A stretch of DNA of 64,000 bases from Yuukianura sp. NJ FZ-2021 (taxonomy: Eukaryota), in contig CM102287.1 of the NCBI GenBank assembly GCA_046563655.1, positions 7,874,001-7,938,000 on the forward strand, given 5' to 3'. The translations under genes and the position numbers were made by a program. The notes beneath the pieces were generated by a model. The model ran no database searches and was not told where the DNA came from. It was given only the letters and a program-made list of their open reading frames with translations. Every line of letters starts with the position of its first letter. Positions within the stretch are counted from its first letter, which is position 1. Shown here one piece after another: positions 1 through 10,469 of this stretch.

Positions 1-308
1 CGAAATTTGAGCAATATTGTTGGGCAGACAATGAGTAAGTATGATGAAAAGCAACTAAAACTTTGTATTTTTTACTTTTATTGCCTACTGATTAATTAAT
101 ATTTGTTCTTAGCTACAATGGAAATGATCCAGCCAATAATAAGAATGCGAATTCATCGTTGACCCCTTACCTTCAAACTACTGTAACTTGGGAAGGAACT
201 GCTTACTGTCTCAATAGTTGGAAGGATCCCATTACAATTATGTCCGGGTACAAAGCAGATGCAAAGAGCGCGTGTGACAAAGAAGGAAGTGCTAACATTT
301 TTGTCTGA
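1..308 (+). CDS. 3' end of an unknown spliced protein-coding gene (partial; exons <1-34 and 113-308)
   Basis: GTAAGT donor at 35 and TTCTTAG acceptor ending at 112 (78-nt intron). The spliced frame is open: KFEQYCWADNDYNGNDPANNKNANSSLTPYLQTTVTWEGTAYCLNSWKDPITIMSGYKADAKSACDKEGSANIFV*, with TGA at 306-308. No family recognised. Confidence 0.6.
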
Positions 309-439
309 TTTTTTAAAAATTGTCATAATTTCACATTTTTCAATTTAAGTTTTCAACCACTCAGTTTTTATTGTAAGCCAATTCGCATAGTCTATAAATT
401 AACCTTTTGTTAGTTTAGTATACAGTTTGTGCATGTACT

Positions 440-1180
440 TCATCCTTGAACTTGGTTGATCATAAGTGGAGGCGGGGCAAGGTGGGGTAAAAATCCGGCC
501 TGTTGCATTTGAAATGTACGTAGCGGTGGAATTTGTGGTGGAGCAGCCACCGGTGGAGCCTGTCTTGGCTGGTCTTCATGTGCTGCCGTTCCGGCCATTT
601 CAACATGAACGGTCATAGGTTGCACTTCTTCGTCAGCTTCATCCGACTTGGCGACATTCACCTCGGAAGATGCTGGGTGTAGCGCATGCGTAGCAGGATG
701 GACGTCAAAAAGTTCGTCAAAAGCTGTTGACTTGTTGACGCCCGGCTCTCCATCAATTTGAGTCCGTTCCTCAATGTGACCTTGGTAGTGAATTTTGGGG
801 TTCGAATTTTCCAGTTCTTTTGATTTGGCTGACCTCGGATCCTCTGTTTGAGTTACGAAAAGCAAAACGAGCTTATCAGCGTCTTCTCCATCCGTTTCAG
901 GTTCAGCTTCGGCTGGAATCGGTGCTGGATGACCTTGAGTTGGAACTGGAGGTGCCCCGTGTACTTGGGCTTCAATTTTTTGAAAATTTGTTTGTTGAGC
1001 AAAGTTTTGCATTTTGACAAAATCTGGAATTGGCTGGAACAAACTTCCAGGAGGAAATTGACCAGGTTGCTGACCGCCATTTCTGCCAAACTGTCCAGCA
1101 ATTTCTGGGAGGGCGCTGGAAATTGGAAATTCGAAACTCACTATTCCTAAAATCACCACTGACAGTATTGCTGGACTCAT
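440..1180 (-). CDS. Predicted secreted, low-complexity Q/P/E-rich protein (246 aa, apparently single exon)
   Basis: Long ORF. The hydrophobic N-terminus MSPAILSVVILGIVSFEFPISSA-LP resembles a signal peptide, followed by Gln/Pro-rich ends and an acidic middle. AATAAA on the - strand at 367-372. Confidence 0.7.
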   Translation of the reverse strand: MSPAILSVVILGIVSFEFPISSALPEIAGQFGRNGGQQPGQFPPGSLFQPIPDFVKMQNFAQQTNFQKIEAQVHGAPPVPTQGHPAPIPAEAEPETDGEDADKLVLLFVTQTEDPRSAKSKELENSNPKIHYQGHIEERTQIDGEPGVNKSTAFDELFDVHPATHALHPASSEVNVAKSDEADEEVQPMTVHVEMAGTAAHEDQPRQAPPVAAPPQIPPLRTFQMQQAGFLPHLAPPPLMINQVQG

Positions 1181-1493
1181 TTTCTCACTTGAAAGCCACT
1201 AGAATGAGAACGCTACTAGAATAAGTCTAGTTCTTTTCAGGCCAACGAGCTACAGATTTTAATTGCTGTCATTAATTTTGTTTACATTTCAATTCGTAAC
1301 AAAGACAATTAATCTTAAACAAAACTGTTCAATTGGATAACAAATGCCAACACTCAGAAACCATCAAACTTTTATTGAAAATTGACGAAAATCGCCTCCA
1401 GCTTTCTCCAAACTTTTTTTTACACCATTTGCTGCTAATTTTTGCTAAATTATGATCAATTTTTGAACTTTCTCGGGCACTAGATATTGAACT

Positions 1494-3753
1494 TTAGTTG
1501 TAGAGATCATCCGTATCCTCTTCGGAGATTTGGGCTTGCGGAACGTAGGAGTCGCCAGCGCCGTCTTCCCCAGTTTTTTCGTTTTGTGTGACCTTCTTAA
1601 CGATTGGTGCGACGTCACAAAAGAGTTTCACGTTAAGAATTTGTTCAACTTTTTGGAGAACAACAGCGTTCAGTTTGAAATCGGGACAGTCACGAGCACT
1701 AATTTCACGAAGATTCTTAAAAACTGAAGTGTCTCCAAGTCGGCGATTGTCCGCCGCGGTGCCGATGCCAAAGAAAGACACCTTCCAAAATAAAAATAGT
1801 CAGAGGTCAAAATTTTCAATGCTAAGCGTAGTTTCACCTGAGTTTCATTGATCCACAATACTTGGAGATTTGGTATGTACAGCAAATGACCTAGCAAGGT
1901 ATCGTCCCCAATCAGCGTTTGCGACAAGTTCAAAAACACCAGGCCTGAAAGCACCAAAAAAATCGGCTGAAATAAAATTTTCTGGGTTTTGGAACTGTCG
2001 TTTCAAAAATTTCAAAGCTACCCCAGCCCAAACGTTGACATTTTTGGAGAAATTAAGGTGTATACTTACAACTCAAATCGAAAAAACTTCTTTCTCCGGT
2101 CATGTAATGACAAACAGGTTCCGGGAAATCCGAATCCTTCAACGGTGTTCCAGTAATTTCTAGGCGTTCCAAGGCCGTCATGCGCATGACTTTTCTAGTC
2201 AGAACTTCAAGATCATCGCTTGACATGTCACATGATCCTTCCGGTCCAGAAATTGACAAAGACTTGAGCGTTTTGAAAATTGGGCCAACAAGAATTTTGA
2301 AAACGCTTTCAAACCGTAGAGTCAAGGTAGTCAGAGGAAGCTTTCCAGTTTTGAACAGCGGAATCCATGGATCCACTTCCTCAAAATCATCCAGATTTCC
2401 CAGAAGCGTCAACTCTGTGAGTGCTTGGAGACCATGCAAGTATTCAGTGACAGGCTGTCCTTGGAAGACGACTGATTCTAAACAAAGCTTCTTCAGTGAA
2501 CTGAAATTTCTGCCGATTATGGGAAAGAAGGTTTCGTGGACCTCCATGTCAAATAGATGAAGGCGTTCTAGTTGTGTTTGATGCATTAGCAAGTGTCCAA
2601 GACCGTAAGGCTCCGGGCAGAACCGAGTTCCACCGAGCGTGAGCGAAGTGAGTTTCAAATTTGAAAACACTTCTCGAACGGATTCGTCAAACGAACAGTT
2701 TCCGACTAAAGCCAAATGACGCAGCGTTTCTTTGTTGAAACTGAGAATCTTTGAAATGTCGCTTATCGGGAGCTGACGAGTTCCCGAAGGCGGTAGTCGG
2801 AGATCCAACGACACAAGAGCTACAAATTGAAGGTCATTTTCAGGTCAAAGGTCAAGGTCAAAATAGTTTTTAAAAAAGCAGAACCAGTAGTGTGCCAAAG
2901 CCATCCTTGCATTGTTTGTAAATTGATCACCGAAGTATTGAGACGCGTATCACAAATTGACAAATCTGACCAAAATTTGGAGAAAAAATTGTTTTGGATT
3001 TTTTTTAAACTTCAGTTTAATTTTAATTCAAAGCGTTAAAAACTTACGCTGCAAAGCGGTTAAGCGTTTGTGAAAACGGTCCATGAAACGGTAGTAGAAT
3101 AAAACCTCTACTCCAGCGCTGAACATCGATGGGCAATTGGCAATAGTTAATTCAATTAACTGCGGACAGCAAGCGACCAATTGAATAAAGCTTCCCATTT
3201 CACACTTGACATTGTCAAAGGTCAATGACTTCAGGAATTGGCACTTGACCTTGAGCCGGTAAAACAGATTTTCTTGATCAATCAAATCTTTGCTAACGTC
3301 CATGTTGGAAAACTTGAGGTGAGCCCAGCGGAAAGTTCCTTCCAGAAGCGTTTTGATTGGTGGAGGGACTTGATCGCTGGAGGAAGATGAAGAGTAACTT
3401 GGAGTGTGTCCATCGATATGATACAGTAGGCTCCTCCGAACTGCTGGTGTTCTGTTGATCATTTCCAGAAAATCGGTCGAAACTAGGCGAAAGTTCATGA
3501 GCTCTTTGGCTGAAATGTAACGTTTCGTTTCCTCCATGATGATTACTCCGTCACAGCGATTGAACAGGGCGTGGTTAAGCGATTTATGTTTGGGTGTAGA
3601 TTCTTCTTCGTTCCCTGGGTTGGATATACTCAAGGACTGAAATAATTCTGTCAATTGATCTACTTCAGCAGCAGACACGAAAGCTTCAATGGAAGTTGGA
3701 CTTTGAAATTTCGCCAATTTGGAATCGATGTTCATGTCGTCTTTCCGGAACAT
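1494..3753 (-). CDS. F-box-like / leucine-rich-repeat protein, 5 coding exons (approx. 3753-3048, 2965-2885, 2819-2070, 1944-1838, 1781-1494)
   Basis: Four track ORFs plus one short exon join in frame through GT-AG introns of 82, 65, 125 and 56 nt. The N-terminal segment IMEETKRYISAKELMNFRLVSTDFLEMI resembles a degenerate F-box. Many LxxLxL repeats follow (LKSLTFD, LVSLDLR, LRHLALV, LERLHLF, LKKLCLE, LKSLSIS, LERLEIT, LVFLNLS). AATAAA on - at 1371-1376. Start codon uncertain (3891, 3753 or 3735). Confidence 0.8.
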
Positions 3754-4129
3754 GATTCCTCCATGCAATTTTCTTTCAATTTCGAAAACGTGCGAAAATA
3801 AAATGTAGGTTTCAGGATTGATTGCAGTATTTATACAACTAGTGTTTGGATTTAGTAATTTTCCGACAATCCTATGGAAACTTAAAAGCATAATGTCAAA
3901 ACTTAAAAGTTGAGGATCGGTGCATATTATAAATATGGCGATAATTTACTGTAAAGCTAATTTTATGGTGAGCGTTTGCGTGTTAATTCCTCGAGCTTAC
4001 TTTTGGTTTTTTAAAAATACAACATCAATTTGAACCAAAAGCAAAAATTGTCAAAGTTTTATTGAACAAGCCAAAATACTAAAAAGTAAAGTATTTCTGA
4101 AAAAAAAAACAAAAACAAAAGCAAAGTGA

Positions 4130-4764
4130 CTATTGTGATCCAAGGCTCCCTTTCGGAAGCTGTCCTTGGTCATTCAAAGGGTCGCGTCCTTATTTAGCGG
4201 GCAACTTGCGGTACTTGGACAACTTTTCAAAGGCTTTGAACAGCCTTCAGCGTGTTGTTGAGTCATAAACTTGTTATATAACCCAGCCCTTCGTCAACGA
4301 CAAGGGCCTGAGTTTTCTTAAATTTTTGGATTTCAAAAAAGGTTTTTCGGAAAATCTTGAAAAGTGTACTATTGTAGTAACTTGTTTCAATTTTATTGCA
4401 GTTGACCATTTCTTGGTTCAAATGTCACACCAAGGACCTTGTTTTCAGTTGATTCAAATCGGTTGCAGTGGATGGACTCATCAGAGCACCATTCTGAAAG
4501 CGTATAGGAGTTGTTAACATTTAGAATTTGGAAGTTTGGCAAGTGCATGATGGAGTGTAAAATCGTGCCAATTAATTGTCGTTCAAGTTGTTTTGATGTT
4601 AGGCAAGATGAAGATCTGAGGTTATCCTGGTCATCTTGGCGTCTGAAGTGACCCAGCAGGGAGGGTGACACTGCACTTCTCCAGAAGAAAGGCCTCATGC
4701 CTCCTGTCCAAAAGTTGTCACTTTTCCAAAAGTCAATGTTAAACACACGCACTGGAGGAGGCAT
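4130..4764 (-). pseudogene. Probable decayed or truncated paralogue of the adjacent LRR gene
   Basis: ORF 4393-4764 contains RQLIG-TILHSIMHLPNFQILNVNNS, which aligns by eye to QTLIGDDTLLGHLLYIPNLQVLWINET of the neighbouring gene. The coding-like segment 4130-4307 has stops in all frames. AATAAA on - at 4058-4063. Confidence 0.4.
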
Positions 4765-7280
4765 GATTCCAATGGATTTGGCTTTCCAACAAAATTTTTT
4801 GGTTAAATAAGGTAAGCTACGAGAATTTTAAAATAAACTAAAAAAAATTGTAGTATCACTGGAGAAGAATAATTATTGTCGCGTATGGTTGATTCAAGGT
4901 AAAAAATTATTTTCGTCAAGAATCTCTGACAATTAAAATCCATGAAAATCAAAAAAAAAGTGCAAAATTTTTCGAAGCCACAAAACCCCATTTGAAGTTA
5001 TTGATCTAATTTTTAGCTGAAAATTGTAATGCGGACGAAAGCAATAATGAAGTTTTGAGTGGTGTCGAAACTTTTAAACTTTTGAAATTTTTAAACTGTA
5101 ATTCTAACACTGAAAATGTGAGCCAAGTTCTAGTTTGTCAAAAATATTTACGAAAATTCCTTACACTAAAATTTTATGCGGATGTAGTTACACCTATACT
5201 TCTCTAGTTGAGCAGGATTGGTTAGAATTTTGATGTTTTTGACAGGTTTTCATGATGGTGGATTCTGGATCTTCTGGTTCGAAATTTTTGTTTTGAGATT
5301 TTTGAAGCCCCTGTCAAAATTTCTTCCAGGTCCATGATCTCATCTCTCCTAAATTCCATCTCTCGTACCTTAAGCCTCTTATTTTTACAATTACACTCAA
5401 CAATGCGACTCAACTGGACCAACAAAGAAGTGGGAAGGGATCACCTAGAAAGGACACGACAGCTCTAACCTAACGCAGGGGGACCCTTATCCCTTCTGGG
5501 TAAGTCCTACAGCCAGTCCCTTTGGTTCTAAATAATATCGATCTTTGTTGTCCCATTATGAAAAATGACTCTTACTCAAAACTTCAAGACTTCAAATCTG
5601 TCTCACTTCAAAAAATTCCTAAAAACATTTTCAAATTTTCCAAAACCAGATCACTATCCACCTCTAAGAATTTTTCATAAACTTCTAAGTTTATGAAAAG
5701 CCTTTGACTTACTACGAAACTTCAATTTTTCCAAAACCAGATTAGCATCCATCTTTAAATTTTTTTTTCGAAAAACTTACTCCAAAGTAATCACTAATCA
5801 GTTCGACAGCTCCGATAAGGTCGCAAAAATTGTTTTTTAACCTGGCAGAAAATAATTTTGGTCATGACGTTCTAAATTTTGAAAATTCGATTTCATTTCA
5901 TTGAAACTGTGCCAAAATTTGGAAGGCCAGAAGCGATGTAAAGTTCACCCATTAATGACTATGTATTTTCCCCGCTGCTGAAACTTTGTAACCACCAGCA
6001 GAGCTACCGTAACATGTTGCTTTTTGGTCTTTGTTTAAGCAAGGCATAAACAAATGGCGGGCCAAAACTGGTGTGAGGGGTCTTTTCCTGTAGTAAAGTT
6101 TTCGGTAAGTTAGGCTTCTAGTCGTGTGGTTTTTGGATCGATGCCAATGTTCATGCTAGGGTTCCAATTGAGAACTTTCTTCTTCATGGAGACTGTAAGA
6201 GAAAGTTGAGGACAGTATTTTTGGTAATAATAACTTTGGAAATGGATTCCACCACCTAATATCCTCATCTGAGGTGGTGAAAACGCAGAGAGAAAGTCCT
6301 TAATAGGATCCAATATATCAAAGCAATAACCCAAACTTTGGGCTTGAAGAGCACATTGCTACGCTCTACACTAAACTTTCTTTTACTTTCTTTACGGAAA
6401 AGAGTGGAATTGGAAAGAAAGTAGACTTGAAGTAGTGTCGCTTTTTCGCTTATCGTTTCCTAACAGATTGCCCATAAAGGAGATGCTCGTTTATACTCGC
6501 ATGAAGGCGGGGTCACTTTACCGCTTCGTTCGTTGCGCTCGGCTACCATCATTTTCTGCTTCTCAAAAAATTAAGTTATTCAAATCATACGTTTTATGGA
6601 AACATATTTTTGAGGCTTATTTGAACTTTTGCAGCTCAAATTGTTAAAAAAAATGCTTCAAAAAAATTTAAAAACTTTGAACCTCAAAAAGTTAAGCCGT
6701 CAGTCCAATGTACTGCTGGTACGCCGAATTTTTTTTCGTTTATGGACAACCAGGGAATAAGCTAACCACACTAAAGTTCCATTTGTTCCTCTAGAACCTA
6801 GCGAAGTTATTTAAAAATCAATAATACATAGCTTAGACAAGTGTTTAATCAAGAATCGATTTCGTTTAGTTTTGCAAATTTTTGAGTGAAAGAGTCAATG
6901 TTTGAACGAGTTGAGAAAAAACTGAAATACGAGAAATTGAAAATTGGCAAAAATAACGCAAGGCAACTTTGATTTTATGGTACAAAATTGAAAACAGAAC
7001 GAGATTTTTTTTCTACCAAATAAATTTTGGAGCTTGGTGATCTTTTTCCACTCGTTTTATAAACTCGTTCTTCTTTAACACATAACAGGGAAGTTCCCAT
7101 TCATTTTTCGTTCTCGACCTCGAACATACAAAGCCTCTTCTGGGTCACAATGGCCTAGAAAACGAAAATCCAAGACACAAAGTCACAGAGGACGCAAAAG
7201 CGCGAAGCAAAAGTACACAAGCAGTACTCAGAAGCTAGTTGAAGAAGCCAAGACGCGGCATTTGACTTTTAGGTGCCTTA

Positions 7281-7345
7281 TTTATGGGACTAAGCTCCAC
7301 GAGGGGGCAATAAAATTTATTGCCAAGGATTTATAGTTGGCCATT
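7281..7345. promoter_or_regulatory. Candidate boundary/enhancer module (CTCF-like core, palindromic Cad/posterior-Hox sites, PHO-like core)
   Basis: TTTATGG 7281-7287; CCACGAGGGGGCA 7297-7309; inverted repeat GGCAATAAA-A-TTTATTGCC 7306-7324; GCCAT 7340-7344. Confidence 0.4.
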
Positions 7346-10300
7346 TGCTTTAGGAAATTTTGGGGTTGCTGGGTTTCGTATTTTTTTCAGCTCAAACCTA
7401 ACCTCTTCTTGTTCTAACTCTGTTCGGACTGCTTCAGCTTTACTTGTACGCTCGACCGAGTGACTCCCTCCGTTTATGTCTCGTTGTCCTTGTGCCACTG
7501 CCAGTTCGAATCCTACGATCCAGCTTTTGAAACAGACTTTCTTTCACAAGTCTTTTGCAGAAAGCAGCCCAGCTAGACCTAAAGTCTCGTGCTGCTCAGC
7601 CGAAAGTTTTGTTTGCCTTCGACAGGAGTTCCAGCGATCCGAACTTCCAGGCTTAGACTTGCTCTCCTGCGCTTGCACTGCCAAGCCCCACTTTCCCTGA
7701 TTTTTTTTTCAAAAGTTGGCAATTGACAGTGAAAGTGAACTTTCTCCAGTCATCTCCCTCTGAAGTGAGAAGTGGTTGTTTCCCTTTCCGCGCTTCCTGG
7801 TTAGATTTTCTACTTCAACCTAATCTAATGTTAACCTAATCAACAACCTCAGCAGTTCCACCGCTTCCCAGCTGTCAAGCTGACTTCAATTTCGTGGAAA
7901 TCTACCCCCGGGAATTCGGTTCTTGGCTGATGGTCAGTCAGCCGAAAGCAAAGTTTGTGCTAACCTGTTGTGCCGATCAAAGGCATCTGTCCTGTGCCTA
8001 AAGTCAAAGTCTCCGGATCGCCTCCACCCTCCTCCATCTTCTTTTTTTGGAGTAAGTGAAGTGGTTTTTAGCTAAAGTGCAGAGTTGGCATTGGACAAGG
8101 AAGGGGGTCCAGATCACAAAGTGAGTGACAGGGCAACTGAAGTCTCAAAGGGATTATCACTAAGGATCCGTCGTCGTTTGGGGATGAATGAAGCTGCTCA
8201 CTGTAGCCCTTAAAGAATTTCCATTTCATCTTTCCAAAACTTTTTTTTTCTAAAAACGGCTCAGGCTGTGTCTTCCCCCTTCCCTTCAGAAAAGTTGCGT
8301 CAGAACAATTGACTTTTGGAGGGACCCTTGAAGGGCTCCAGTATATACGTTGCTCCCGGGTGTAAATGGAGCCCTTTTCTACCTTGCCTTTAGCTTAGGG
8401 TTGTCAAGGGTTCCAACTTCCCTTAAAGCGGGCCAAGGCATAACCTCCAGCTGAGTTGGAGCTGTTAAGGGCTTGAGCCTTAGCTGTCGTGGCTGAGACG
8501 CTTACTTTCTGATGCAAGTTTTTCCAAAATTTCTAAAAATCATCCATGATTTTATGATTTTGAAGGATATTTTTAGGACAATTTCGAAAACTTGAATCCC
8601 ATGCATGTAGACTTGGAAAAATAATTAGGAAAAGTAGTTGGTTGTGAATGATGCATAAGTTTTGGTCGTCAGCTGAAGCTTGAGGTTCACAGCGTGTGTT
8701 AGGGGGGCCTTCGTGGGAGTATTTATTACACGGGGTCATGGATTATGCATGAAGTGTTGAATCGATACTGTTTCAAAGTCCCGGACGATGTGTTATGAAC
8801 ATGTGTCTACTCAAATAGTACGTCATCATCATAGCCTAGGGGACCGGGGAAAGCTGAGTGACGATGCAAACCGTAATTTCTGTATTCTTTGAGACTGTCC
8901 AATTCTCAAACAAAAATTGAACAAAGATCAATTATTTGAAGCATTGAATAATTTAGAAATAGAAACTAGACGATTTTGTTTTGAAACCTAAACCCTAAAA
9001 CGATCTCAGTTAGCGTCCGCACATAAAGTAGCTTGTACGTAGTGTTCTTGAGTTGCACTAAATAAAGTTAGAAGTCCAGAACTAAATTCTACCTTACATT
9101 GAAATTTGAAAGTTGCCTTAAATGCATCAATTTATTTAAAATTCTTACGTGATTTGTGTTTGCGAATTTGTTATGTTTGAGTAAAAGAAATTTCAAGTTT
9201 GAATTCTTTCATGTGAAGTTAACTTAACGCTGTTGGTTGCTTATGAATTTTTACTTTTAAGTTAGGCCTGTTAAGTAAGGTTAGTTTGTTAATATAACAT
9301 AACAGTTTCAGTTAAATTCTCGGTGTATTGTTTATTTGTTAATTTTGAGTTATTGTTATTATTGGTGTGGTCTAAGTATAGGCGGGTCCTGGTTGTGGAG
9401 CAGAATGGCTGACGGGGTGTTGTTGGGTTCCATTAGAGCTATCGATCGAGAAGTGCTGCTCTTGTGGAGTCTCTTCCAGAAACCCGAATAGTCCGAAAAC
9501 TCCGAAATGGGAACTTTCCCCCCTCCTTCCTTTCACCAGAAGGATTTTGGCAAGAACGCTTGTCATTCGCCTGCTTCCCAACTTAACAACAGCAGAGACT
9601 CCATTATTACAATGTCCATGGACTCCTGGCTCCAGCAACTCCAGCCTTTACCAATCCCATACACTTCCACTTCATTCACAATGTCACCCGTTCCAGAACT
9701 CAAAGGCAATCCATTTCTGCAAATTCAGAATGTGTAACTGATATGTTACGGAAATATTTTGACTTTTAAAAGGCTTGCCGTTTATTTTTGATTTTAAAAT
9801 TACGCGACAATTCCAACAGTAGCAGCATGCGATGCGTACTATTTTGAAAATTGAATTTTCTAAAATTGTATTTCCTATGTAAGAAAAGTTTAAACTGGTA
9901 GGTAGCTTCATTTAATTTTCTTCAAATTAAAATTTTTACAAAAGTAAGTCTAATTCTAATTCAATTTTTCGAAATTTTTACGAACACCTACAGGAAGGAC
10001 TTTACAAATGTTTGTGAAGAGTGTTTCAACCTAAAGTCAATTCTAACATACAAGCATACAGGAAAACCTGAAAATTTAAATGCTACTGAAGTTACCCTCG
10101 ACTAAACTATAACAGACAATTTATAACAGGCACAAAATTTTAATTGTAGGACTTTTATTTATAATTTAATTTGTGGTAATTAATCTACTTCAGGTAGAAA
10201 CTGATTAATTCTAATTTATTAATGTTTTCTTTTGTTTTGAATTCCAGAGACTTGTGAACAAGATGGAGCCATCGGTTGAAACTACTTGTTGCCTCTGAAT

Positions 10301-10384
10301 TGCCAATGAAGTTACACGTTAGAAGTCTAAACAATCACGAATAACAAATGGACCAATGGAGACACTTGGAATTAGTTTTTGATG

Positions 10385-10469
10385 CTCTACATCTACCCTG
10401 TAGATCCGAATTTGTCTGATACCCTCAGACTACCCTTAACAAATTCGGTTCTAGAGAGGTTTGTGTGGA
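10385..10469 (+). ncRNA. mir-10: miR-10 precursor hairpin (5p 10394-10415, 3p 10440-10462)
   Basis: 5p TACCCTGTAGATCCGAATTTGT and 3p CAAATTCGGTTCTAGAGAGGTTT match the known arthropod miR-10 arms and pair with each other. It lies in the canonical position upstream of Dfd/Hox4 on the same strand. Confidence 0.98.

Noticed and set aside
1117..1142. GTGAGT...TTCCAG on - resembling an intron in the secreted-protein gene
   Set aside because: Only 26 nt, frame-shifting, and it would remove part of the signal peptide.
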